A stretch of 64,000 bases of DNA from Camelus ferus (GCF_009834535.1 NC_045697.1:61444001-61508000), one strand, 5' to 3'; shown: positions 51,681-64,000, numbered from the stretch's first letter. Notes: a model not told the origin generated them from the letters alone. Numbers and translations are program-made.

Positions 51681-52864
51681 GAGAATGGTTTCTAACAGCC
51701 CACTTATCTCATAAAATGATCAATTTATCACATGACTCAACCTTTGAAATCTAAGGATAATGTGAGCAAAAGGAAGAGATTAGTGATGCTAGAAGGAAGG
51801 TGGCTGACCACGTTATTTTCAAATGCCTTCCTAAATAATGCAAAGTATTTCCTGTATAATAAAAGCTTTGAGAAAGCAAAGTATGCAGGTCCCAAGGAAA
51901 TGCCTTTAGAAAACAAAGGAGGGGACAGAAAACCAACCTGAAGTCATTTTCAAAATGGGATACAAATGGCCTTATAAATATGTATTGCTCAAGAAAATTT
52001 ATGTCATAAACATTTTATTTTTAGAAGTACTGCCATCTAAGAATTCAACAGGTCAGTAAAGCATTAGAGGAATTATTTTAGAGTAGACTATATAGCACGT
52101 TTGGATTAAAAGTATGGCAGCAGCTGGAGTATTTGTGGAATTTTTGTTATAAAATCAGATACAATCAAATAAATTGGGATGATAATAGACACGTGAAAAG
52201 TAACCTAACGTAAATAGAAGTTTCCTTCTGATTAAGCACCTTGACTTCTAAGGTCTTATTCAAAATCTTTACAAAGAAGCACAAAATAAAAAATATCTAA
52301 AAAAGTCATTATTAAACACAAGATCTCTTCTTACCTTCCTGCATTATCTATCTTAACATCTTTCCCTTTGAATGAATATCTGCTATTATCTCTTTAAAAG
52401 CTGCAATTTCAATTCTGTAACAAAAGAGACTAATCTTATATATAAATGTATATCATGTCTTCAGTCCTTTGCATCTAAAATAATTTTGTATTTTGTAATG
52501 GATATACAAGAAAAGATGTTAAATTATAAGCACTCAACAAACCATAGCCTCTGACCCTTTCTATTTCCCTGCCTGCCACCCTCCCCAGACTTTAAACAGG
52601 TTGTAAAAAAGGACTTTGTCTTTGGCTTCTTGGCTTCTCCTGCTGTCCCACCAGGTAAAGGTTTGCTCTGCTCCCGAACCGTTTCATAGGATTGGGTAAA
52701 TCAGGAAAAGAAAACCTTTAGGAGAGGTGGGGCTGACATTCAGACAAATACTTGTTCAGAAGGCAGAAACACTGTTTTTTGGGGGGCCTCCATTCCAACT
52801 GGATGGTGTATGTGTTGTAAAGGTAAATAAATACATTGAAAATCAACCCAAAAAGAAACCAGAA

Positions 52865-53012
52865 CAATGTTTCTCAAACTATCTCTGGTGAAGGACCAGC
52901 TTTTTCCCCAATCCATCACAGACCAATGTTTTTTAAATACAATAAAAATAAAGTAATATAAAAATGAAATTTAAAAAGACAAAAATCAAGCCCATATTTT
53001 ATTACTACATAC

Positions 53013-53047
<35 letters not shown>
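52865..53047. mobile_element. hAT-Charlie-like MITE end plus (CA)n microsatellite (53016-53047) interrupting EBLN
   Basis: caatgtttctcaaact terminus; perfect CA run. Confidence 0.6.
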
Positions 53048-53051
<4 letters not shown>

Positions 53052-53499
53052 CCTCTATCAATATGCTATAAAGAAGTCTAAGTGTTTCCTCTCAATTTCT
53101 GTACTTTTCTCATTGCTACTGGCAGCATCAACTTCTAGGATCAGCATGAATCTGCACAATTCTCTGAGAGGAGCTCTGCACAGAAAGATATTATATTGAA
53201 GAAGAAAGAAAAGAAAACCATAGATCCAGGTAGGTGGCAGGATGGGTGAAAGAGCCAAGATACTTTGGCTTCCGTTTGGGGCAATATTTCTGGTGAGGAA
53301 GGAAAAATAGGACTTGGAAAAAAGCTTTGAAGGCATTCAATATGGAAAACAATTTTAAGAACTAACGCTATGGCTAAAATTTCGGGTTGACATTCTTTGA
53401 GAAATACTGAGTAAAGAATGGATCTCCTTTTAATATTTTTGGTTGTTGATATCTTTACTGAATTTAATACTAGAAGAGACAAAAATGCAAAAACAATGC

Positions 53500-54000
53500 A
53501 GTGTGGTTAGCCCTATGTTTAGTAAAAGAAATACTCAGCTCTATCAAATCAAAAAAGAATGCTTCTTCTGAATTTGGGGTAAGGGAGGGTTTTCATGAAG
53601 GAGAAACCTATATGCCGAGACCTGAAAGATAAATGAGTCATTGAAGAGAAATGGTAGAGGAAAAAGGGTTGTAGGCCAAGTACATGAATAAACGAATTAA
53701 GTATGAATGAACAAATGAATGAATGAATGCCTGGTCACCAACTAGAAAGTAAGAAAGAGCACTTCCTAGTCAAGGGAGTTTAATGTGGCTAAAAGATAAC
53801 AACAAAAGTAAACAATAATACTATTTTTTAAAGAAACCAATTAACCACATACTGTGCATTTTTTTAGCCTCAATTTTTTTGAGATATAGGCCAGGTACAT
53901 TTAACATTGAATACATATCCATCCATCCATCCATCCATCCATCCATCCATCCAATATCTGCTTGGTGTTAGGCATTATGCTCTATGCTGGAGATGAAGCA
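53500..54000. mobile_element. L2 fragments with (gaat)n and (ccat)n (53919-53952) tail-derived microsatellites, interrupting EBLN
   Basis: gggagggttttcatgaaggag...gagacctgaaagataaatgag; ccatccatcc...aatatctgcttggtgttaggcattatgct. Confidence 0.6.
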
Positions 54001-54619
54001 ACTATAAAGATTTATATTTCAAAACATTTTACTTCAATATTTCACAATTAGCAATGTAAATACAAAAAAAACAAAGTGATTAGAAAGAATTAGAAAAAGA
54101 AAATTAAATCTTTAAGGGAAGCTGAGATTCATAGTTAAGTTTATTTTTATTATTGTGGGGGAGGTGGTAATGGTTTGTTTTATTTTAATTAACTTTTGTT
54201 CTCACAGTATTTGTTCTCGTTGAAATCCTGATGGACAAATAAATAAATATTCCCATAAACACTATATGAGACTGTATTTGGAAGTGAGAAAACCAATCAT
54301 AGAAGCCACTTGAGCCAGTAAATGTGAAAGCACAACAAATAATCTGGGCCACCACAAAAATTTAAAGAGTAGTCACATGAATTTTATGTGGTTTTAGAAG
54401 ACAAAACACATCCCTGAACCACCTGGTTCTCTGCCCCTATAGTCTTTTGCTTTTCCCAACTAAAACTACTTGTTCACCATTACCTCTCCTTCCCCCAGAT
54501 CCCAGCTCAAGATCAATCTTGTGCTCAAGGGGAATATAAAAATCCATAGCTGAGCATTTTAAACAGTGAAATACCATTAAAATGAGCTAGCTACTCAATT
54601 TTTTTTCCTGACCACTATG

Positions 54620-54840
54620 ATGTTAAGAGTAGCAATTAACACATAATGATCCATTATTTATATGAAATTCAATCTTTGTAAGAATTTTATTTGGTACAAA
54701 TTCTATCCATTTTCCACCAAAGACATTGAAGCTCAGAGAGGATACACAACTGTCCAATATCAAACGGCTAGTTAATATTCAAGCAGAATTTAAACCCACT
54801 CTCTTTGATCTCAAATCCTATGCTCCTACTACAACTTTAC
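54620..54840 (-). mobile_element. MIR
   Basis: ccattttccaccaaagacattgaagctcagagagg...gcagaatttaaaccc. Confidence 0.75.
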
Positions 54841-55089
54841 TGATCTTCTGAAAAGTGAAAATAGAAGCAATTTAATAATGATTTTCCCCTTGGGAAATTT
54901 CAGATTTACCCTATTTTCACTTTTGCCAATTATCCATCCAGAATCTTGTTCTAGTTTCTAGTTTCTTCTTAAAAGGAATTTTTTTTTTAAATGGTTGCTT
55001 TCTTCTTTTTCCAGTGCATCTTTCTCTGTAATTTTATCAACAACATATTAACTAAAATGTTAAAAGTAAACAAAGAAGGCAATACCTCT

Positions 55090-55670
55090 AGCTACCCACT
55101 AAAAATGGTTCATTCTTTTTTGAGCCCATGGCTGGACAACCTCCCTTGCAGTAAGTTTTATGCATGGAATATCACTGAAAAGGCATGTGCCACTTCAAGA
55201 TCTGGCCCATAAATTCGTCCTTCACAAGCTCTACTATGGTCTTTCCTTTTTCTGTGACAGGGATGTTCAAAGTCTGTACTAAAGATAGCAGAGCCTAAGG
55301 AGTCACATCAGAGTGTCACTAAATAACTAGATGGAGAAGAGCTACTCTGCAGACCTTTCTCTCAAAACTGTTGAACCAGGAACACATTTACAGGGTTAGT
55401 GAATATTTGGTTCTGTCAAAAATGTCCATAAGACATTCAGTTCATGCCAAAAGGCCTTCAAATGTGGTCCTATCAAAAACATCCATGAGCATATTTGGTC
55501 CACACCAAATGGTTTTAGACAAGATCAAATATCAAGGACCTTTTGGCATAAAGTGATGTCTTACAGATATTTTGGTCAGGACCAAATGTCCTGAAAGGGC
55601 TTATAGGGTTAAGTCACAGAAATGTCAAGAGGTGTTTGTTACTACAGCTTCACCTATATTACCCTAATTC
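55090..55670 (+). mobile_element. MLT1-type LTR containing a palindromic MITE-like insert (about 55400-55610)
   Basis: MLT1-like end ttaagtcacagaaatg...gtgtttgttactacagc...accctaattca; the insert has inverted arms and ends gggttaa. Confidence 0.55.
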
Positions 55671-56229
55671 AGCAGCAATATATAATGGTTAAGGCCAGCT
55701 CTGTGAAAGTCAGTTTCTAATTTATAGACTAGGGAACATAATCATATCTACCTCACAGAATGGTTATGAGAACTAAATTAGGTAACAATAATATTACCTG
55801 ATTACCTGTCTCAGTAAATGGTACTCATAATAATAATAATAATTATTATCTTATGATGGAGATTATTTCAAGGATTTTATTCATGTTTTAGTTGTCCTCA
55901 TATAACTAAAGAGTCTTTCAGTATTTGTGCAAAATTTTCATAGACTTTGTGTCATTTTTAATATCATGTGGTCAATTATAAACTCACTGTCATCAATATG
56001 CCTAGCTATAGCATTTGCCCTATGACAGATTAGCTGGATTTTATCTGCTTAAAACTGAAAACTCAACAAAAAATTTGTTGGAATTGCTTGGAAAATCACA
56101 GTATCATAATGGCTGTGGATTAAGATCTGAGGGGTTTTCATATGGGTGAAACATATGAGCTTCTAAAGCTGAGCCTTTTAATATAGTTTTATCTGCTTAG
56201 AAATTTCTCTCTTAAAACGTGATCTCTAT

Positions 56230-57730
56230 AATTACTCTCTTGGTTGCAAATAACAGAAATACAACTCAATCTTATTTTTAACTCAAATTTGATTAAGCCA
56301 AAGAGAATTTATTAGCTCATACTATGGAGAATATCAGAAATACACCTAGCTTCAGTAAAGACAGGATCCAAGAATACTGTCGGGTTTCCCCTTTCTTCCT
56401 TCCTCCCTCCCTCCCCCGACTCCCTATTTTCCTCTCTCAATTCCTTATTTTCTTTTTTTTCTTCCTTCCTCTCTCTCATCCATCATTTTTTCTCCATTCT
56501 TCAGCTCTGATTTCTTGTTTTGGTTCCATTTTCAAATTGGCTTTCTCCACATATTTGTAAAAGCAGCTTAGCTGACAGCACGTTAAAAAAGACAATGATT
56601 TTATGCTTAACAAAAGCTTTGAGGTAGGCACTAATTGGCCTGGTTTGGTTATGTTCCTATCTTTGAACTAACCTCCATGTTACTTTGATAGCCAGGCCTG
56701 TGACACAGGTTTTGCCCCTAACACACCCATAGGGTAACTTAGGCTTCCTTGAGTCATGTGGGTTAAAAATGGTGGAATCATGGCTTCACATAATGATGTG
56801 GTCACTGAGTCCATTACATCCCAAAATTTAACTATGATACACACATACTTCTCTTCCCACACAATATCAAAATTCTAGTTGCAACGTGACTTTACTATTT
56901 CAACTTCAGTTAAAAGGACAATCACTCTATCAACAAGGACAAATAACCCAAGGTTTTGTATAATTATTGCCTCTAGCTATATGACCGACACTGGTGAGTG
57001 ATATCTATTCCACCCAGTCATATTTACATGAAGCTATTCATAGTCTGGCAATTTTAGGGACCTAAAATATAGAATTTGAAAGGCATTTAATCTAAAATAG
57101 ATAGCAGTTTGACAACTACTCTGCTTTCGTATATAAAAATACGCCAGTACTGTAGCCTTGGGAGGGAAATCCCCATTGCCATTTAATCTCTATTCAACAC
57201 TTTCCACATTTTAGGGTCTGTTACTTGGAAAGTACAAGCCCATTTCCTATTTATAATTTTTCTTAGGTTATTATGTCTGCAAATATCATAAATCTAAAGT
57301 TCAGGACAATTAGCTAGAGGTGTTTCTGAGTTCATTGGGTTATCTAAACAAGTCACCAGAGCATCTCTTTTCATTACATTACTCTGTTTTCCTCCATGTT
57401 GGTTTATTTATGGGCCAAATTCTTCCTATGAGATGGGAAAGATGATCCTTGGTAGCTCTAGGCTTAAGTTTTTGGAGAGGTAACATATCCAGGAAAGAAA
57501 GGAAAGTTATTTTCCAACATTCTAACAAAATCCTCTAAGTAGGACTCTTACCAACTTTGCTTAAGTCACGTGCTCCTGAATCCATCATTGAGGTGATATG
57601 AATGCAAAGGACTTGCACAGAATATTCTCATACCTTGACCTAGGAGGTGAGATCAACGTCACATTAATCACATAGACCAAGAATGAAGTGGGGCCATTTT
57701 TCCAAACAGATGCTTGACAAAACACCATCT
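56230..57730. mobile_element. Nested or degenerate MaLR (MLT1-type) LTR sequence
   Basis: actctcttggttgcaaataacagaaatacaactcaa start; taattggcctggtttggttatg and cttaagtcacgtgctc motifs. Confidence 0.5.
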
Positions 57731-60709
57731 GTCCAGGGTATCTAGATTTCCTATAGTTGACACTGCCAGAGAGGAGACTTACTAATATGTGAGGTGCTTG
57801 GTACTATGTGTAATAACCTCCAATTTCTTTCAATGGTCTTTTGCACATAAAGCATCAGAAGCAAGTGCCAAAAAATTGACTTTGGTCTGTTTTTTTTTTT
57901 TTCAACTTTCACCAACTTTTCTCTTTCCTCTCCTACATTATGCAATTTAGTTCCACAATCATATACTGAATATTTGTTCTTTGCTTTTAAATACATATGA
58001 CATAACCTTTAATTAGTGGTAGTCTAGTAGAGAAGACAGACATATAAAATGGGTAATTCTACTATAAGAGAGAAATGAATACACACTACAGTGGAACTAA
58101 ACTGTACTGATTTATTTGATCAGAATTGTAAAAACACTCTTTTCCAAATTACATATTCTGTGCCTGTGAGTCTGTTTTTATTCCTGGGAATATAATAATG
58201 TTCAATAGTTATGCAAGGCTTCTTTTTACTCAGATTTTGCTGGTCTCTTAAAATAGATGTTATGTAATAATAGGCTAACCTTAAGCCAATTGCATAATTT
58301 AGATATGCTGTAAGTATTATTATTAAATGAGTTACCCGGAATCACTTCCCACCACACATATTAATGTATATTATCCAGATACCCAAAAAATGGTTTTGAA
58401 TGGTAGGCAATGAAACCAAAATATAAAAATCTTTCTAGAAAGTGAGGACTGTAAAGTATGACTTCTAAAAGTACATATCATCTTCTGAATTTAAAGATAC
58501 CAATATAAAGTTGACACTTTGATTCACTCACAGGAGTTACGGCAATTAACAGTAATAGGAGTTTAAAGTTCACAAAGAATGCAGAATTACCACTCAATAG
58601 TAAAATATTGTAAAGTTTTCTTTACAAATATTTTTGATATAACCTGGACTTATCAAGTCCATCATTTTGGCATAAATACTCTCAGAATACATCTGGGAAA
58701 ACTAAACTCATGAGATTTATGGTTTTTGTAGGGAAAATCAGTCTCTGATTTCTTCATCTCATTATTAATGATAAGGGTTAAAAGGCAAGAGATAAGTAAC
58801 CTAAATGATGAAACAATATGTCAGGTTTTATGGTATTCCAAGACAGATCCAGTAACTTACAGATATAGTTTCAGAATTGCAGTTTACCAGCAAAAACTAT
58901 GTATCTAAGGAACAAGTTTAATATGATCATGTTTCAGCTATGCATGGCTGCCTATGTAACTGTAAAATGATCAATATATACTTAGAAAGGGACTCTAAGA
59001 CAGGGACCATTCCTCAGGGAAAACTGAGCCAGTCTCATTTCCTATGTATTCATATGAGAACAAGTATACAATTTTTTAAACATTTAATGCAGAATGGTTG
59101 CCATGTAATTTAATAAATGGAGAATTAAGAACAAGAAGAGAAAAAAACTGGATTTCTTGAAATGTTTCCTTATAATCTCTGAATTGATGGAGAAATTAGA
59201 AATATAACCTTATGGTATATGATGATGCATTATCATTTTTATTATCATTATGTAATGGTGTTGTCAAAGGATACCCAGTAGAAGCTACAACCATTAACAA
59301 GCAAAACAGCATTTTAGCTTTCAACATTTCTCCCTCAAATGTCACATAGAAACAGGGGTAACGGAGAAGACAGAAAGAAAAAAAAAAAGAGATTCTGAAG
59401 TAGAAAGGATATTTGAAAGTTTTTAATTAAAAAAATTAGTTGAAACTTTTTATTCATAGGTTGCATATTTCCAATAATTAACATATAAAAAATAAATAAT
59501 AGCTGATGTTAGGATTTAAGAGCAAAGAAGGATCTACAGTTCTTTACTTCCTTGGGCTTTAATTGAGGAGAATTCTCCTCAATACACTAAAATAATTCCA
59601 TGAGAATGCATGCTGTTGTATTTACATAAACAACTTCAGAGCTCATGAAGCAGATGGGTGAATATGATTCCCCATCATTACAAAGCTCTACCTTCTGCAA
59701 TAGGGTCTAGAGATTGTAGGCGACAAAGTATGGCTGGAAAACTGTCAGAAATTCCAAAGTTATATTCCCATGATGCCACCTCAACAAGACAGGCAGGGGA
59801 CAAAATCCATTAAGTCAGTTAAATACAATTATGCTTGTTGATGGCCTCAGGATTGAGAATATGAGTATGAAATTAGACCACCAAGTCTGCAATAATGTTT
59901 GAAGAATGCAGGACTTGCCACCTAAAACTCTCTTTCCCTCACTGACAGCAAAGTCCCTTTTGCCGTGTAATGTAACCTGGTCACAGGTTCTGGACTTTGG
60001 AGATGGCATCTTTAGGGAGCCATTTTACTCTGCCTACTATAGTTCCCCTTTTAAAGTATGGATTCTCAAAGAAAGAAGTCATACTTTGAATCAGTCTATC
60101 TAAACTCGTCACAGCCAAGAATGCTTCACCCAGGCTCCATAATTTGAAATTTTGTATCTAGTCTGCAAAGTGTATTTATTAAGTGGCTGGGAATTCATTG
60201 TGTTTTTATTAATTAAAGTACTTTATTACTAACAATTAGACCATTTGATTACCAGGAGGTAGCCACTTTATTAAAATGAGTTCATATCACAAAGAAACAT
60301 CATATTTGCCTTCATTTGCTTATCTTTATATTAAGTTGTTCAGGTTAGACTTTTTGGAACACATTGGATATTTTTAATTCATGCTGAAATGTTCCTGAAT
60401 AACCCTAGATTTTATTAATTTATTCAATTATGAATTTGAATCACAAAATATCCTAACGATAAAGAAATGAAGCATTTTGACTCCTATTCACCTCTTTCTA
60501 TTAGAGAGTAAAATCATTCCTAACAGCCCTCCAGTAGACTTCCTCTTAGGTCCCACTGGTCAGGTTTCATTTCCATTGTGGCAGATCAGTTCTGTCAACA
60601 AAGAGGAGGAGAGGAAGTGGTTGTTGGGTAGCAACCAACACCATCGGACTGCACTGACAGTTTAACAATAAAATCCGTAATTTGCACTGGCTATACAAAT
60701 AGTTCGGTT

Positions 60710-61062
60710 CTGTTTTTGATGTTTGGTTGCTGACAGCTTTTTAAGCCCTACCTCTTCCGCTCCATATCTGGACAAGCTGATAAGAAATAATCCCAGGCAC
60801 TTTTACATTTGGCTCCATGGGAGCCTCATCCTGGCTCCGCTCCCTAATTACCATAAAAACCCCAAAGCAGTATCCTTTTCTTGCTTTCCCAAGCTACTTT
60901 TTAACCAGTTTGGGAGTCTGCCTTGCTCTGCCCAGAAAACCCCATTTATGTGAGTCATAAACTTTTCTATAGCCTCTCAGTGTGTATGTAGTAACATCAG
61001 TCTTGATATCCAAACCAAATTTTGATGAGGATTCATCCTTTTTCTGTGGGATAGCTTAAACA
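60710..61062 (+). mobile_element. ERV1-type solo LTR
   Basis: tgtttttgatgtttggttgctgacagc...catatctggacaagctgataagaaa...ccataaaaaccc...cataaacttttc...cttaaaca. Confidence 0.6.
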
Positions 61063-61565
61063 AGGTCTTAACTTCTATAAAAGTATTTTTAAATGCATTA
61101 ACTCTTTTGATCTGTACAATAATTCTTTCTGGTAGTTCTAATTAGCAAAATGGCTACAGATTAGTAAACTGGGTTTCTAGAATATAAGTGACTTCCCCAA
61201 AGACAGGTGGTAAATGAAAAACCTAGGTCTCAAAAACTCCAATTCAGTACCATTGCTTCTGTACTACAGTACCACTGATACATTTTCCAAATATGGTTTG
61301 GTAAAATGTCCTTATTTCAAGAATAATTTAAAATTAATGATACATTATATGAGGCTTGCAAAATTCCTGCACAAGCAAAATTTATGCAGAAGCAGAAAAC
61401 ATATGTCAAATAACTGTATGATAAAGATGATAAATATTGGCACTTAAATTTTTAAAAATGAACTATTTCAAGACCTCTGAAAGTTCCAATGACATAATAA
61501 CCAGAAATTATTCTGTACATGTTAGGGTTATATACATGTATGTCATACCCAATTATGTATAAGCG

Positions 61566-61601
<36 letters not shown>
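61566..61601. repeat. (GT)n microsatellite
   Basis: Directly visible GT run. Confidence 0.95.
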
Positions 61602-61602
<1 letters not shown>

Positions 61603-61629
61603 CATGAAGGTTTTGAGACCTCCCTATGA

Positions 61630-61850
61630 GTCAGTCACTATGCTCAATGCCTTACGTACTCCATCCCATTTGATCCTCATAGTAACCGTAGAAGTTAGGT
61701 ATGTTTCCTCTTTCACAAATGGCAAACCAGAGTCTTAGAGAGTTCATGTAACTTGTTCAGATTTATAGACCTGAATGTAGGAGACCTGGGATTTGAAAAC
61801 AGACTGCCTGAATCCAAAAAAGTCTGTAATCTTAACAAAGATTTGATACT
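61630..61850 (-). mobile_element. MIR
   Basis: catttgatcctcatagtaacc...ttcacaaatggcaaaccagag...gggatttgaaaacagactgcctgaatccaaa. Confidence 0.8.
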
Positions 61851-62698
61851 ATCTCCCTGATAATTTTTCTTCTAGAAATTATCATATTTTGGGAGGCTAT
61901 TAATCAGTGTATTTGAAACATTTTAACTGTATTTATTGCTAAAAATTCAATGTTTAAACATATCACTAACTCAGACTTATCAATAATTTCAAGGTAATGG
62001 TTACTAAATGTAATTTTCCATGTCCTAGGAGAAAGCCTGAGTATCCATACAATATCACATTTTTAGAAATTATTGTTAAAGAAAATGAAAACACTTTAAT
62101 AATCAACTTTATGTGTTCATTATTCATTTTAGTAATTCCTTGCATTTCTATAGTTAGTTTTACAGTTCTAAAGTGCTTTCACATTCTCATTCGCTCCTCA
62201 TAAACCTATCAAGGTAGGAAGAGAAAGCATTATTGTTCCTATTTTATAGCCACAGCTACCACAAAGAAAATTTATACATGTTTCAGAGTCTGATGTAATG
62301 TTTTTGATTTCAGAATAAACAAAAATGTTGAAAATATGACAGTTCCTGAAAAAAAATTATTTTTTAAAAAGTCATTTAATATCTCATTGTGTGCCCCACT
62401 GCAAGAAGTTATTTATAAAAGATGCTTCCAGTTGAAAAGTTTTTGAAGTCTTTTTTAATTTTTTAAAACCTTATGCATATTAAACATGTAATATGTTTGG
62501 GGAGTGTAGAACTTGCTGCACAATGAAGTATCAAATCAGCAACAAGAAATAAAAGAAGGCTTTTAAATATTATTTTAATTTGCTTTAATTACTTTTAATA
62601 TTACTTCTTCAATAAGATGACCTATTTAAAATTAGGATCCTAAGGAATAAACTTTATTTATTCATCTGCTCGTTCATTCAACAAACTTATTGAGCCCT

Positions 62699-63193
62699 GA
62701 CAAATATGGCCTTAATGTTCCCCTTAGCTTATTATATAGACTTCAGACAAGCTTCTCCCTGACTTGAAACCCTTAAATTCCCTTTACTTAGAGAATTTAT
62801 TTAGAAAATTTACAATTATAAATTATTTCTTTAACCTTTTGAGATGCAATTTTTAAAAATAGCCTCTTGCTAATTTTATAACCCAGGAATGTCTTTCTCA
62901 AGGACCTACAAAGCCACCCCTTGGAAAGGTAATCATCAAGCAAGACAGAATCCCTGTTTTCCAGTTTCTGTGGGAGGGTAGAAGCCTAACTTGCTCCAAG
63001 CTGTGAAACTACCCCCTGTCACAAAGATAGGAGAAAGTTTAACCACAATCCTTCTGCCCAGCTCTTAAAAACGTTCCCATCCTTTGTTCAGCAGAGTTAA
63101 TCTCAGACTATTTATGGCCTCTCTCTCACACAGTAGCTTCAAATAGTCTTCCTTGCTTATAGGACTTCACTGGGTGCAATTTTTGTTTTGACA
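62699..63193 (+). mobile_element. ERV1-type (MER34-like) solo LTR inserted in an L2 tail
   Basis: tgacaaatatggcc...acccaggaatgtctttctcaaggacc...ttttgttttgaca; L2 tail text on both sides. Confidence 0.65.
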
Positions 63194-63364
63194 GAATTAG
63201 TTATTTCTGAAGCCCTTTGATAGGCATTGAGGATAACCCCAGATGAGTAGCATGGTTACCCTACCCTCAAGTAGTTCAGAGTTGGGGTTACAGGAAGGAG
63301 GAGCACGCAAATAATTAAATAGGTCATTAGAGTCTGTCCAGGGGTATTATAAAAAGGAAACACA

Positions 63365-63800
63365 TGTTGACTGAAAAGACAGCATTTCAGATAGCTCTGA
63401 GTAACTGCTCAGAAGAGGCGGGGGGAACTCAGTATTACATATGATTTTAGTGGAGGGAGTACATACAGTCAAGCACACATTTACAAAGAGGCTTGCTCCT
63501 AGTCACCAGGAGTAGATGTCATCATTAATGATTTTAGTGCTTTTCTAAATATGAGGAGATGTAAAAATTTGGGCTCATACAATCTTCTCCTGAAAATATC
63601 TAACTATCTATGCTCTGCCAGTGTTCCCAGAGCACAGAGGGCCTCATTCCTGATCTCCACCCTGAACTCCTTCCAGGACGTGTAGGAGGTCAGTGGCTGC
63701 AGCGGCTCATGATTTAATCCGAGGAGAGGTAGATGGCAAGTGACAACGTGATCCAATATTTGTAGAGGCAGATGGCAAGTGCCAATTTTTAGTTGGCAGA
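63365..63800 (-). mobile_element. ERV1-type solo LTR
   Basis: tgttgactgaaaa...gacagcatttcagatagctctgag...agaggcagatggcaagtgccaatttttagttggca; LTR-like composition and TG..CA ends. Confidence 0.6.
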
Positions 63801-64000
63801 CAGAATGCTAAATAATTTAGAAGCAACAAGCAAACCAAGGCAGCTAAACAAGTAGGTCATGTAATACTTTCCAGAACAAAATTTGAAGTAAATCTTAAAG
63901 ATAAGCTACTAGTAAATTTTAGGGTTCCCATAGCAAGCAAGGGGTTGTCACTAGTAAGAGTTAGAAACTAATACCAGCACCATTCCAGCTGCCCTAACAT

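Larger units (their letters stand above)
25200..54550 (-). mobile_element. Endogenous viral element: fragmented near-genome-length bornavirus-like sequence (N-P-M-G-L)
   Basis: More than 25 separate minus-strand peptides resemble BoDV-1 N, P, M, G and L and occur in viral genome order, separated by host TEs (see component features). Manual alignment only. Confidence 0.88.
52590..54550 (-). pseudogene. EBLN: Endogenous bornavirus-like nucleoprotein N in three fragments (about 54260-54547, 53050-53490, 52590-52860)
   Basis: MDFYIP ~ QDLYEP; GKAKDYR ~ GHEKDIR; RDVFCLLKP ~ RDMFHTVTP; WPRLFVVLSH ~ IPGLHAAFVH; NSVKISTTKNIKRR ~ SSSKIKAGAEQIKKR; WIYGFLFFLL ~ WVGSFVLSLL; APLRELCRFMLIL ~ SPGKEFMDQIKLV; YLPLQHIHHPVGMEAP ~ FPFLGAIRHPDAIKLAP; LPGGTAGEAK ~ QPGASVKETQ. 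Confidence 0.85.

Overview
AT-rich, CpG-poor eutherian genomic DNA, dense in old repeats (L1M, L2, MIR, MER5/MER20, MLT1, ERV1 solo LTRs). I saw no host protein-coding exon, RNA gene or CpG island, and no Alu, B1/B2, Bov-tA, Can-SINE or PRE1. The main discovery lies between the repeats: on the minus strand, from about 54,550 down to about 25,200, degenerate and frameshifted pieces translate into peptides resembling the bornavirus proteins N, P, M, G and L. They sit on one strand in Orthobornavirus genome order (N-P-M-G-L), and the pieces within each gene are colinear. This looks like a near-complete fossil bornavirus genome stretched to about 29 kb by later insertions of L2, MIR, MER20, MLT1, L1 and a solo LTR. 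MIR and L2 insertions inside G and L suggest a very ancient integration. All protein comparisons were made by eye against Borna disease virus (BoDV-1) sequences recalled from memory and need tBLASTn or HMM confirmation. Repeat coordinates and subfamily names are approximate.
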